60,239 bases of DNA, taken from IMG/VR virus record IMGVR_UViG_3300045738_002385, positions 1 to 60,239 of that record; one strand, 5' to 3'. Of the stretch, positions 39,037 through 48,510 are shown one piece after another; the first letter of the stretch is position 1, and each line of letters opens with the position of its first letter. The position numbers were made by a program, and so were the translations under genes. The notes under the pieces are model-generated. The model was not told the origin of the DNA. It did not search any database and saw only the letters and a program-made list of their open reading frames with translations. The stretch comes from a virus. Lineage: Duplodnaviria > Caudoviricetes.

Positions 39037-40059
39037 ATGCCAGCTAATCTAAGAATTACAAAAGATAACTTCCGAATCAACTCGCAACTAGGTAAAAGAA
39101 ACCTGCCTAAGCTCAGTCTCGAGGCAATTTCGGTTAATGATAGAGCAAGGGGATCTTCTGATTACCTCAAGAATTCCTGTGTATCGGCGGATTATAACCA
39201 AGGCGTGGGATATAACTTAGCCAATGATAATATAGTTATTGCTTCAGGGCTAGGAACAAATGGATGCTTCGTTTCTAGTAACACTAGGTTAAATTTTAGG
39301 TTTACAAATCAAGTAGATGCCATAGAGTCTCTATTAATAAATAGCGATTTATATAAAGCTGGATTCATAGAATTAACCAGAAAAAATTGGATTGACGCTA
39401 TCGATGTTCTAGTGCTAGGCGCAGACACCAGCTTCTATTTTGGGGAGGGAACATGTTTGGTTACCGATAAGATTTATATACATAAGGGGTTGCTTGCTAA
39501 TTTTGGTTCTGTTTTTACTAGCCACGCCAATGTAACCAACTGGGTTATGGGGTTCGCCATGAGGTTCAACAGGGCGAGAAGAGCAGTGTGTGGGCTAAAG
39601 TGTGGGGAAATTAAATTTGTACCGCCTTCGGACACAAACCCAACAACCACCTATACGATAGTGGTTAAACCACATGAATGGCACGTGAACGGAAAGAAAC
39701 CAGAAACAAGATATAATAAAATTTATCCTGTGTCTATTGACGACCCAATAAAACTCAACTACTTGACCACAGAATACCAGATGCAACTTACCAACGATTA
39801 CCTAAACGGGCAATCCTTTGAATTCAGCATCGCTTCTGGAGAAGGAAAAAGCTTTGGCCTAGTGGCAAATGAAGCAGGATTTAATATGTGTGGATGTGAA
39901 TCGCGGCAGGATGTCGATAATTTGAATTCTCGCATGACCTACAGCGTCAATGGTTCAAAATACGACTCGTCAACAAGCACAACTACAGCCCTTAGTGAGT
40001 CCACAGAAAAAATTCCATGTATTAATTTTCCAGAGATTCACCAGATAAATATCTCTTAA
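39037..40059 (+). CDS. Hypothetical protein
   Basis: 340-aa ORF with an AGGA Shine-Dalgarno site. Confidence 0.7.
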   Translation: MPANLRITKDNFRINSQLGKRNLPKLSLEAISVNDRARGSSDYLKNSCVSADYNQGVGYNLANDNIVIASGLGTNGCFVSSNTRLNFRFTNQVDAIESLLINSDLYKAGFIELTRKNWIDAIDVLVLGADTSFYFGEGTCLVTDKIYIHKGLLANFGSVFTSHANVTNWVMGFAMRFNRARRAVCGLKCGEIKFVPPSDTNPTTTYTIVVKPHEWHVNGKKPETRYNKIYPVSIDDPIKLNYLTTEYQMQLTNDYLNGQSFEFSIASGEGKSFGLVANEAGFNMCGCESRQDVDNLNSRMTYSVNGSKYDSSTSTTTALSESTEKIPCINFPEIHQINIS

Positions 40060-40126
40060 TAAGTTGCAGTTACCTATTGTTTTTTTCGTGTAATAATTCC
40101 TGAATACACTAATTTAGGAAAATATT

Positions 40127-41752
40127 ATGTCAGGAATAAACAGCAAAATGGCAAACATCTGGGGCAACTGTATGGGGCCCTTCGAAACATATAGCCGAGG
40201 AGGCAAAGAAGGAGCCGGAACAGGAAGCCCACTAACCTACGAAGCGCAAGCGCGCGCAGGCATCCCCGCACATTTAGCCGGCCAGCCAAAAGAGCGGATT
40301 TTCGTCGTGGGTTTACCGGGTGGCCCCAGTGGAGGAATCTTTCCAATCAACAGTCTCGAGGAGAGCGCAAAAGAGGCGACTTTTGAACTGCCCACTATCC
40401 TTCCTCACCCCATGCCCAAAATGGGCCAAAACCTATGGGCCGGAGGTGGCGGATGTGTCCGGACCGGAACAGACGAGAGCGGCAGGGTTCGAAATGTACC
40501 CAAAAGCTCGACAACGCCAGCCAATCTACCAAGCCAAACGACCCAGAGGAATCAAAATCAATTAATAGTATGCTGCAGGGCGCCCTGTAACCTGAACCCA
40601 AATGGAAACGCCGGCCCATTACCCGCGAACAACAAGCGCGGATCTGCATCAAACTCAAAAAGTGACCCAAACAAAGGGTTCAGCAATGGCCGAGGCCACC
40701 CCGGCCAGATGCAAGATCCAGTGTCAGGGAAAATAACATTATTTGGCGGAAAAATTGGAATAGACCCCGGACTGAATCGTGAAGAAGTACAAGAGTTGGA
40801 AAGTCTGAAACTTTACAGCTCCATGGGTGACGAAGGGCAACGCGGAAAATTAGCAGCTGATTTTTCGGAGGCGAAATGGCAGTTATTCGGCGGGGCCAAA
40901 CAATTTAAGCAAAAATCTTCTGATATGTTGGAGATGGATGCCTACGCAGGCATTAAGAACTTCATAGAACAGAACGTTGACGAAGACAAAAGAAATGACG
41001 TTAAGATTTTAAATGCAGCCGGTGACTCCCCCGGCATGCGTTTTGCGATGGACAACATGCTGAGTGACAACAGTCCAGATGCGCGCGGCTTCTCGGTAGC
41101 TGCCGACACTATGGCCGGTGGCGCCCCAACCCCAACATGCGAGAATGCATGCGACTCCGTGTCTGTGAGCATGGATGGCGCACTAAGCGACTCCTTTAGT
41201 GCTCTTCCGGATGCAGTTCATGGAGGAGTGGTAAGCAAAAAGGTAAGTGGTTTATCTGCCAAAACCAAGGCGGATACGCTACCGGATTATACCAACCAGT
41301 CTGTGGCTGGACAAATGAGATTGTTGGATATAGAAAAGAGCGCAGACGACCAAACAAGCAATGATGGCGGTGGATACTTTCTCTTGTATGCCGATAATCC
41401 CCAGCAGGCCGGAGGTTACGGTGACCCGGAGATCAATGTCAAATATATTAATCCAGAAGGGGTAGAGAGCTCAGAAGTTCCAAGTTTTGAGATTGAAATG
41501 ATAAGTGACCCAAGTGCCGAGTGTTTTACCCAGACGATGAGCCCCAACAAAGATGTGGTGAGCGCAATGTACACTAACGCTAACCAAGACGGTCAGAACG
41601 TTGTGCAGATGAATGTAGAAACCACTTATTATGACGGAACCGTTGAATCAGAAGTGGTGACTGTTGCCCTTGACGGCTACGACCAAGTCCGCGCTTACGG
41701 TGCGAGCAACCTGCCGAAAATTGACCTAGCTGAACATATTGGTCTGGCCTAA
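40127..41752 (+). CDS. Hypothetical protein
   Basis: 541 aa, Gly/Pro-rich N-terminal half and acidic C-terminal half; GTGTAA at 40088. Confidence 0.7.
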   Translation: MSGINSKMANIWGNCMGPFETYSRGGKEGAGTGSPLTYEAQARAGIPAHLAGQPKERIFVVGLPGGPSGGIFPINSLEESAKEATFELPTILPHPMPKMGQNLWAGGGGCVRTGTDESGRVRNVPKSSTTPANLPSQTTQRNQNQLIVCCRAPCNLNPNGNAGPLPANNKRGSASNSKSDPNKGFSNGRGHPGQMQDPVSGKITLFGGKIGIDPGLNREEVQELESLKLYSSMGDEGQRGKLAADFSEAKWQLFGGAKQFKQKSSDMLEMDAYAGIKNFIEQNVDEDKRNDVKILNAAGDSPGMRFAMDNMLSDNSPDARGFSVAADTMAGGAPTPTCENACDSVSVSMDGALSDSFSALPDAVHGGVVSKKVSGLSAKTKADTLPDYTNQSVAGQMRLLDIEKSADDQTSNDGGGYFLLYADNPQQAGGYGDPEINVKYINPEGVESSEVPSFEIEMISDPSAECFTQTMSPNKDVVSAMYTNANQDGQNVVQMNVETTYYDGTVESEVVTVALDGYDQVRAYGASNLPKIDLAEHIGLA

Positions 41753-41766
41753 CCACTTTAAATATT

Positions 41767-43458
41767 ATGGGGTTAAAATGGGACACATTTCTTTTCTTCA
41801 TCGGGTGCAAATCTGAGACGCCCCTTGATCCAAATAGCCCGATAGCGCTCCGAAGGGCCGAGGCAATAGAAGAGCAGCATCAGATCGATCAGGAAAAGTT
41901 GAAGCAAGCGGAAAGGGAAGCAAAAGCGATGAGGCTAAGGAACGCCAAGTCTGCGGAGCGAGCTGCCCGCGCGGCCAGAAACGCCGCCGCGCGCGGCAAA
42001 AAGAAAAAGTCGCCAAACGCAAATAAACCAAAGAACGCCGAACAACTTCCTCAACGTCCGGTAAACCCGCCAAAAAGAAAGGGAAACCCCAACGCCGGTA
42101 AGCCACCAGACCCAAATCCAAAAGTATGCCCTCCCGCCGGAGCTCAGCCATTGAGTGGTCAAAGGTGCATGATCATTCCTCGCACCAATTTGCCGTTGCC
42201 CCCCGAAATAATGCCTGTTCCAATTGAACCTGCTGGCGGCGCGCCTCCAGCGCCGCAAATGTTTATAGACCCAAACACTGGGCTACCAGCGGGTCCTCAG
42301 GGTGTTAAAACCACTTATTATCCATTATCTACGATGCAGACGGCCCGGCAAAATGGGTTTATGGGAACCTCTGGTTTTACTCAAGGTTTAAAGAGCAAAA
42401 GACATGCCGTTGATCCTTATGGAGGAGCGGGGATTCCCAATGCAGTGATGAACTCAGAGAGTAGAAAGTATCTTAACTTCGTCAACAAAAGAAAATTCCC
42501 CGACCCAATAGGAGTGAGAAGTGCATTAAGACCATTAACCGCATCTCCAGAAAATCCTAACATTGGTTCACCATGGCCTAATATGCATCCAATGCTAATG
42601 CCATATTTTTCAACTTTTTCGGGCCTCCAAAATAATGGCCACCTGAAGGCTCAGTCTCAGTTTAAAAACGGGCAGTCAATGTTTTGGAATTTTATTTTAA
42701 ATTCCAGTGGCACTACGCAGGGAATAACCGTGGAGCAAAAAAATAGATTTAATCACCTTGTAACTGCATACGCGAATAATATTGGTGGACGCGCAGTCGT
42801 CGGAAACGGCCCCTTAACCGAATACCAAAAAAAACTTCTGGCAGTGAGCCTTATAGAGGCAAACCAACACATTTTTCTGCCACTCATTATTCACGGTAAG
42901 ACCTCTGTTTCGTGGCCAAACAAGGGTCAGAACAGATACCAAAATATGAATACGCCCTACGGCGCGAACTATGGAAGTATCGGAGAAAACGCAGCGGGAA
43001 TTCCTCACCCAGCCACCGGAAAGCCGGGATGGGTAGTCCCTTGGGACAGTGATGGCCTCGAGAAGTACGGTATTACCAATGCGCAGGTTTCCCTAATGAA
43101 CGGCGGAAGATACAATCAAAACCTGCCACCATGGAATGACGGAAATCAAATTTTGAATCGTCGAAATCCCGACGGTAGCCATATTGGCGTAATAAGGGTC
43201 GATACTCAGCGATTTGGGGGAGAAGAAGGCTCCAGATTTATAAACCACAAAGGTCTTATCGGTGAAAAAAATGGAGTTTCACCGAGCGGCGTGCCATTTA
43301 GTTTTAACACCGCCAGAATTTGGAGATATAACCCAACCGGTAACGGTGGCAACTCCGTCGTTCACGGACGCAACGGCAAGCCCCCAAAACACTGGGTAGA
43401 CCTTAATAACTATGTGGACCCCGCCCCCAACCCCTTGCGCCTTCCCGGTCTCAATTAA
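41767..43458 (+). CDS. Hypothetical basic Pro/Asn/Gly-rich protein
   Basis: 563-aa ORF with no recognised family. Confidence 0.7.
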   Translation: MGLKWDTFLFFIGCKSETPLDPNSPIALRRAEAIEEQHQIDQEKLKQAEREAKAMRLRNAKSAERAARAARNAAARGKKKKSPNANKPKNAEQLPQRPVNPPKRKGNPNAGKPPDPNPKVCPPAGAQPLSGQRCMIIPRTNLPLPPEIMPVPIEPAGGAPPAPQMFIDPNTGLPAGPQGVKTTYYPLSTMQTARQNGFMGTSGFTQGLKSKRHAVDPYGGAGIPNAVMNSESRKYLNFVNKRKFPDPIGVRSALRPLTASPENPNIGSPWPNMHPMLMPYFSTFSGLQNNGHLKAQSQFKNGQSMFWNFILNSSGTTQGITVEQKNRFNHLVTAYANNIGGRAVVGNGPLTEYQKKLLAVSLIEANQHIFLPLIIHGKTSVSWPNKGQNRYQNMNTPYGANYGSIGENAAGIPHPATGKPGWVVPWDSDGLEKYGITNAQVSLMNGGRYNQNLPPWNDGNQILNRRNPDGSHIGVIRVDTQRFGGEEGSRFINHKGLIGEKNGVSPSGVPFSFNTARIWRYNPTGNGGNSVVHGRNGKPPKHWVDLNNYVDPAPNPLRLPGLN

Positions 43459-43506
43459 TTTTTTAAACAGAAAGGCTCAAAAAGTATTTCCCAAGTAGAC
43501 GTAAGT

Positions 43507-43512
43507 GTGTAA
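43507..43512 (+). promoter_or_regulatory. GTGTAA element heading a non-coding transcript
   Basis: Same motif as before the late genes, but here followed by the ribozyme rather than an ORF. Confidence 0.6.
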
Positions 43513-43559
43513 TTTGGGATAGGATAAAGAGATTAATTCTCTTTTAAAAGTTGGCCGTA

Positions 43560-43789
43560 TCGGGTGAATTCGGTGAAACTCTTTGAGGTTGTTTTTTACG
43601 ACAGACCACGAAGACAATACCGAGCCAAGCCAGAAAGGGAAATAAGTTTTCTGGAAGGTGTAGAGACTAGGCAGTGAGTCCCAACAATAATCTGCCCACG
43701 AGCGCCCGACACAGTACGTGAAGATATAGTCCGAACTGCATGGTGACATGTAGAGGTCAGATAATTAAAAAACTGGCGATAACAAATTG
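43560..43789 (+). ncRNA. Group I intron ribozyme core (ORF-less, IA-like with P7.1)
   Basis: P3 TCGGGTG (43560-66)/CGCCCGA (43703-09); P4 TTCGGT/ACCGAG; P6a CCAGAAAG/TTTTCTGG; P7 GACTA (43665-69)/TAGTC (43727-31); S element AAGATATAGTCC; P7.1 GGCAG/CTGCC; P9 CTGCATG-GTGA-CATGTAG (GNRA loop); probable omega-G at 43789. Confidence 0.9.
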
Positions 43790-43880
43790 GACCATTGGAT
43801 AGGCGGGCAAACGTTATGGTGTGGTTCGACCCTCGTTCCCACTCGCTTACCCTAATCCTTTGTCGGCTGAGTCTAATTAG

Positions 43881-43913
43881 AAATAGAAGCAGATAATGCT
43901 TCTATTTTTTTTT
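43881..43913 (+). terminator. Intrinsic terminator closing the ribozyme transcript
   Basis: AAATAGAAGCA-GATAA-TGCTTCTATTT followed by a T tract. Confidence 0.85.
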
Positions 43914-43952
43914 GCTTTCGTGTAAGGCCAAACAAGGAAAAAGGCAAATATT

Positions 43953-44336
43953 ATGGCTGCAAAGAAAAAAAACATTAAAAAAACGTCAAAAGCTTCAAGA
44001 AAAAAAAGCTTAAAATCCCTTTCTCAAACCCACGGAAAAGAAGAGGGTGTAGAGCCAACGACGCTAGATCAGATATGGGGAGACTCTGGCATGGGGAAAT
44101 ATAAAACAATCGAAAAAGCCGAATACGAAGAAGGCTTAGATAACATGACGAAAAGCGACCTGCAGACTCACGCAACTAAAGTGGGGCTAATTCCCGTAGA
44201 CAATAGAGAAATCCTCAAGGGAAGACTCATGAGGGAATTTACAAAGCATGTAAATGGTTACCGAAAGCCAGCATCCAGAGCTAAGACAGAAAAGGTTTCC
44301 AGCGCAGTAAAAAAGATCCTCAGCGAAGGAAAATAG
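43953..44336 (+). CDS. Hypothetical basic protein
   Basis: 127 aa with Lys-rich ends; GTGTAA at 43920. Confidence 0.75.
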   Translation: MAAKKKNIKKTSKASRKKSLKSLSQTHGKEEGVEPTTLDQIWGDSGMGKYKTIEKAEYEEGLDNMTKSDLQTHATKVGLIPVDNREILKGRLMREFTKHVNGYRKPASRAKTEKVSSAVKKILSEGK

Positions 44337-44395
44337 ACAATCATCTAATCCTCTTAATTAATTAATTGTGTAATAACAATTGGGATATTGTTGTT

Positions 44396-44734
44396 ATGGC
44401 TACTAATTATAATTTAAATATTACAAGAGGATCAAATTTTTCTGTTAGATTAATTGCGAAAGACCAGCTTGGGTCAGTCATAGACCTCACTCCCTACCAA
44501 GTCAAAGGGATTATAAAGCATAGATATTCAGATAGCGATGCCTTATTGGACCTTAAGCCCTCTGGCGTAGAGGGCTATTTAACAAGTGGATTTATCGATG
44601 TAACTTTGTCGGGAGCGCAAACTACAGGTATGCCGATTTCTCAGGGGGTCTATGATATAGAAATTTCCTCTGGACATTACGTAGACAAACTTATTTATGG
44701 ATATGTCAATTTTTACCCAGAAGTTACTAACTAA
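44396..44734 (+). CDS. Small virion protein, BppU N-terminal-like
   Basis: YNLNITRGSNF...IDLT.Y...GVYDIEI...G.V.F.PEVT pattern; GTGTAA at 44368. Confidence 0.65.
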   Translation: MATNYNLNITRGSNFSVRLIAKDQLGSVIDLTPYQVKGIIKHRYSDSDALLDLKPSGVEGYLTSGFIDVTLSGAQTTGMPISQGVYDIEISSGHYVDKLIYGYVNFYPEVTN

Positions 44735-45678
44735 TGGCCGGAGTAGATGTTATTGTTGCCGGCCAAGTCTCTGCTTCGGCCGTTGTAGCTGGGGCAAAAA
44801 CTGCTAGCGTTATTGTCCCGGGTACCGTTCTGTACCCAGCTATAACCTCTGGGCAGGTCTTTGCTAATGTAATTGTTCCCGGGTCCTTTTCTGTTGATAC
44901 TAACCTTGCGGGCATTGGAGGAACAGAGTTAATGCAGGGCGCGGCGGGGGTAGACGGGGCAGACGGAGTAGATGGATCAATTAGCGGTGCTGTTGGATTA
45001 GATGGAGCCATTCAATACAAGAGCGGTAACCAGCTTCAGGGGGCAAAAGCATTTTTCTATGAAAGAGCAAATGACATACTCAGGTTTAGCGGCCAACAAT
45101 TGATAATAGAAGATGGGACCTTCAAGGTAAGTGGGAAAAACAGAGAGGTAGATGACTTTTTTAGTATAAGGCACAACGAAGACCAAATCCTGCGGGTAGA
45201 TACCGAAAACCAAAGAATACTTTTTGCCCCGGGGGCATCCTCACAATATTACATAGGAATAGGCGTTTCAGAACCAAAAGAGCGTCTGCACGTAGACGGC
45301 AACCTAATGGTTGAGGGTGCTGGATATTTTGAAGAACTGTATATTACTGGAAGCGAGGGTATTGACAAGATAGCTACCGAGAATCACGTTTCTGGGGCAA
45401 GCGGATATTTAGATAATAAAACAGATTTCATTTTTCTAAAAACAGAAGTTGAGACAGGGGCTCCATTTTATGGAGCAAAACAGCCCATTCCTTGGGACGT
45501 GAACTATACCCCTAGGGTCGTAAATACTATGGTTTCCCCGTCTGGGTTGAACTTCTTCCTTTCCTCCACGGAGGGTATAACTCAAACTGGTTGTTGGGTT
45601 CACTTTTCGTCAGATGTGGATTCTCGGGGGTTTTTCATAGAGAGTTTCGTTTCTTCGGAACATTGGCAAGAAAATTGA
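44734..45678 (+). CDS. Fibre-like virion protein with a short collagen-like stretch
   Basis: GAAGVDGADGVDG; YIGIGVSEPKERLHVDGN fibre motif. Confidence 0.65.
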   Translation: MAGVDVIVAGQVSASAVVAGAKTASVIVPGTVLYPAITSGQVFANVIVPGSFSVDTNLAGIGGTELMQGAAGVDGADGVDGSISGAVGLDGAIQYKSGNQLQGAKAFFYERANDILRFSGQQLIIEDGTFKVSGKNREVDDFFSIRHNEDQILRVDTENQRILFAPGASSQYYIGIGVSEPKERLHVDGNLMVEGAGYFEELYITGSEGIDKIATENHVSGASGYLDNKTDFIFLKTEVETGAPFYGAKQPIPWDVNYTPRVVNTMVSPSGLNFFLSSTEGITQTGCWVHFSSDVDSRGFFIESFVSSEHWQEN

Positions 45679-45740
45679 CACTTATTTTGCTGTATGTGTG
45701 TAAACTTTAATACAATTTTTATAAGAAATAAGGTATAATA

Positions 45741-48443
45741 ATGGCTTTTAAAAGAACTTTTTCCGCAGAACAATTAAAACTTAATGGACTTCTCCTTACG
45801 GGGAGTAGCGATGGCCTATTTTACGACGGGGTAGTCGTAGGCGCGACCGAGGCTTTAAACGTCGGAGGCAAGTTAGGCGAAATCTATAGCGGCAAGAAAG
45901 ATCAAGAGCTTCTTCTCAAAACCATTCATGGCGGGGCAAATATAACTATCACTAACGGTGATAATTTTATTACTATTGCCTCTAATATTCCTACAGATAC
46001 GGCTACTCAGCTTACTGCATTAAACACAGCCTCTGGATATTTACATAGCAGCGTACAGCTTGTCTCTGGTGATCTAGATGTCACGGAAGCTGCGATAAGC
46101 GTCCTTGAGACGGCTACGGGTTACATCGACAGCGAAGTCGTCGCAATCTCTGGTAGCGTTCAGTCAATTTCCGGTGATGTTGTTACTATAGGCGGGGACA
46201 TCAATACGATCAATTCAGATATAACAGTTCTAGAGATTGCGACGGGTGACATAAAGGTTGATTTGGGATATCTAGAAACTGCCTCTGGATACCTTCACAA
46301 TACTCTCATTGGGGTTTCTGATCATGTTGACGTCCATCATGGTGAAGTTGCGGTTATAGAAGATCTTTTACTTTCTACGACGGGAAGCTTGGGTCTTGTG
46401 TCTGGTCATGTAGATGCCCATCATACTGAAATTTCTACTAACGCATCAAATCTCGCAACCACAGGAACGACGCTACATGGCTACATAAATACTTTAAGCG
46501 GTGAATCTGTTCTTCTGCATGGTGTACAAACTGCTAAGGGGAATAAATATTTTGAGGATACTGTTTACGTGCAGAACTTGGTTGTCCAAGGGACAACGTC
46601 TACGTTTAGTACAGAAGCCATCGCCGTAGGGGGTACTTTCCTTAATTTAAATACTGGTACCGGGATGGCGTCTGGGGTTCAGACTCAATTCGCTGGTCTA
46701 GACATTAGTAGGCAAACTGGATCTGGTCAATTTCTTTACCCACATGCGCTGATTGTTTGGAATGAGGGTGCCTTCGAAGCAGGCATAGCCACCTCTTCTG
46801 ATGGAAAATCTTATGAGCCGGGAATAAAGCAAAAGGGCTGGCAAATCGGAATCACTGGCACGGGTCACGGAAATGTATTATACGATATAGCCACCACAGA
46901 CCTTACCGACGGTTTGAACGTCAATATCGGCTTGTTAAGTGGCGAGCTAGTTAAAACCGGAGTAAGTATAGACGGCAGAATAGAGGCCCTAGAAGACAGC
47001 CACCCGGTCACAGTCGCAGATATAGCGACGCTTGCAGCAGCCACAGGGCACCTTCACTCAGACCAACATGTTCTTTCGCAGGCAACCGGAGTACTCATTA
47101 CGAGCGTGCAGGTTGTTTCTGGAATAGCAAATTCTGCTGTACCACAGACTACTAGCGTTTTTGCTGGTCTAGGTCTTGACGGAGGAGGAGCGCTAGGCGG
47201 TGACTTAACCCTTAATGTAGGGGTCGGTTCTGGTTTATATGCTACATCAAACATTCTCAACATTAGCGGCCTTGGTGTTACTAATAACATGTTGGCTGGC
47301 TCAATCGCCGACACCAAATTAAACAAGATCACAACCTCGAAAAAGGTCGGCGGCCAATCGATAGACATTTCTTCCGCCATAGATGGAGCATCTATAACTT
47401 TAAATAATGATGATACTTTACTTGTTGGTGACAATGGAACGACAAAGAAAGTAAAAATTTCTCAACTTACAGATGGATTAATTACGGGTAAAGCTGACTC
47501 ATCTACGGTTGGTGTCGTTACGCTTAATTCCACACACTTCTCTGATAATGGAGTAGGCTTAATAAGTGCTGATGCCATAACTGTTCATGCTGATGCCGGA
47601 CTAACGGGAAGCACAAGCGTAAATCTTGGCGGCACATTAAAGCTTGGCGCAAATGTTGATGGATCTACCATCTCTGTAGACGGCGACGCACTCAGGGTTC
47701 AGCCCGGAGGAATTGGTAATTTGCAACTTGGAGTTAACTACGCTGGTTCCCCAAGTAAGGGTGGCGACGCAAACGCCACGGTGGGCGCACTGTCGCCGGC
47801 ACCGGGGCAACCGGGTGTTATGCCATTTACTTTTGATGGATCTGCGGATACAGATTTCGCTGTAGACGACACTGTTGTTAGGACTTTCGGCTTCCAAGAG
47901 ATTAATGGAAATAAGATGTTCCATGGGGACGTAATGATTTCTAATCTTAATGTAACGGGTTCATTTACAAGAATAGACGTAAACAACGTTACAATTGAAG
48001 ATAACCTTATTCTCCTTAATAGCGGAGAAGCGGGCGCAGGGGTAACCATGCGTACTGCTGGTATCCAAATTGATAGAGGATCACAGGCAGACGCATATAT
48101 CCTGTTCGACGAAGCAGCAGGCTCGAGAGACACTACGTTAGACAAGAAGTGGGTACTCGGAATAACTGGCGCTCCCCACGGGATACACGCCCTTATTACT
48201 GAAAGGGAATTTGAGACAAAGAAGGTCAATATCCCAAACAGCGCCGATGTGGTCGGAGTTACGTATGATAATGTTTATGGGGCAATACCTAATGTTGTAG
48301 CCTCTATATCAAACACCGGCCACCTAGAGGACTTCTTGGGTCACCAAGTGTCTGGTATGTCCACGACGGGATGTTGGATCCAGCTCACAGATCAGGTAAC
48401 GAGTCAAAATTATCAAGCTACGGTCTTTGTAAGCCTAGTCTAA
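45741..48443 (+). CDS. Tail or head fibre protein
   Basis: Coiled-coil stretch with periodic [ST]G; two NLxVxG...D/GxxLN...AGxxIxR modules; GTGTAA at 45698. Confidence 0.75.
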   Translation: MAFKRTFSAEQLKLNGLLLTGSSDGLFYDGVVVGATEALNVGGKLGEIYSGKKDQELLLKTIHGGANITITNGDNFITIASNIPTDTATQLTALNTASGYLHSSVQLVSGDLDVTEAAISVLETATGYIDSEVVAISGSVQSISGDVVTIGGDINTINSDITVLEIATGDIKVDLGYLETASGYLHNTLIGVSDHVDVHHGEVAVIEDLLLSTTGSLGLVSGHVDAHHTEISTNASNLATTGTTLHGYINTLSGESVLLHGVQTAKGNKYFEDTVYVQNLVVQGTTSTFSTEAIAVGGTFLNLNTGTGMASGVQTQFAGLDISRQTGSGQFLYPHALIVWNEGAFEAGIATSSDGKSYEPGIKQKGWQIGITGTGHGNVLYDIATTDLTDGLNVNIGLLSGELVKTGVSIDGRIEALEDSHPVTVADIATLAAATGHLHSDQHVLSQATGVLITSVQVVSGIANSAVPQTTSVFAGLGLDGGGALGGDLTLNVGVGSGLYATSNILNISGLGVTNNMLAGSIADTKLNKITTSKKVGGQSIDISSAIDGASITLNNDDTLLVGDNGTTKKVKISQLTDGLITGKADSSTVGVVTLNSTHFSDNGVGLISADAITVHADAGLTGSTSVNLGGTLKLGANVDGSTISVDGDALRVQPGGIGNLQLGVNYAGSPSKGGDANATVGALSPAPGQPGVMPFTFDGSADTDFAVDDTVVRTFGFQEINGNKMFHGDVMISNLNVTGSFTRIDVNNVTIEDNLILLNSGEAGAGVTMRTAGIQIDRGSQADAYILFDEAAGSRDTTLDKKWVLGITGAPHGIHALITEREFETKKVNIPNSADVVGVTYDNVYGAIPNVVASISNTGHLEDFLGHQVSGMSTTGCWIQLTDQVTSQNYQATVFVSLV

Positions 48444-48451
48444 TCTAAAAT

Positions 48452-48479
48452 AAAATCATCTTTTAGGGTGATTTTTTTT
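48452..48479 (+). terminator. Intrinsic terminator
   Basis: AAAATCATCT-TTT-AGGGTGATTTT followed by a T tract. Confidence 0.7.
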
Positions 48480-48510
48480 ATTTTGCTTTATTTTCTCCCT
48501 ATAATCTATT

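Noticed and set aside
43477-43749. 90-aa minus-strand ORF over the ribozyme as a homing endonuclease
   Set aside because: It is antisense to the conserved RNA core and has no LAGLIDADG, HNH or GIY-YIG motif.
43804-43830. GGGCAAAC as the start of a c-di-GMP-I riboswitch
   Set aside because: The following GAAA-capped stem and the GACGCAAAGC element are absent.
43815-43845. GGTTCGACC as the T-loop of a tRNA or tmRNA split by the intron
   Set aside because: No 5-bp T stem, acceptor stem or CCA end can be built, and the 5' flank has no D arm, although it contains a CTTTTAA anticodon-loop-like word.
43813-43860. 3' flank peptide VMVWFDPRS resembling the capsid C-terminus RVCLDSRA, as an alternative exon
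   Set aside because: The similarity covers only a few residues, has no nucleotide-level support, and needs a frame change relative to the IG-like segment.
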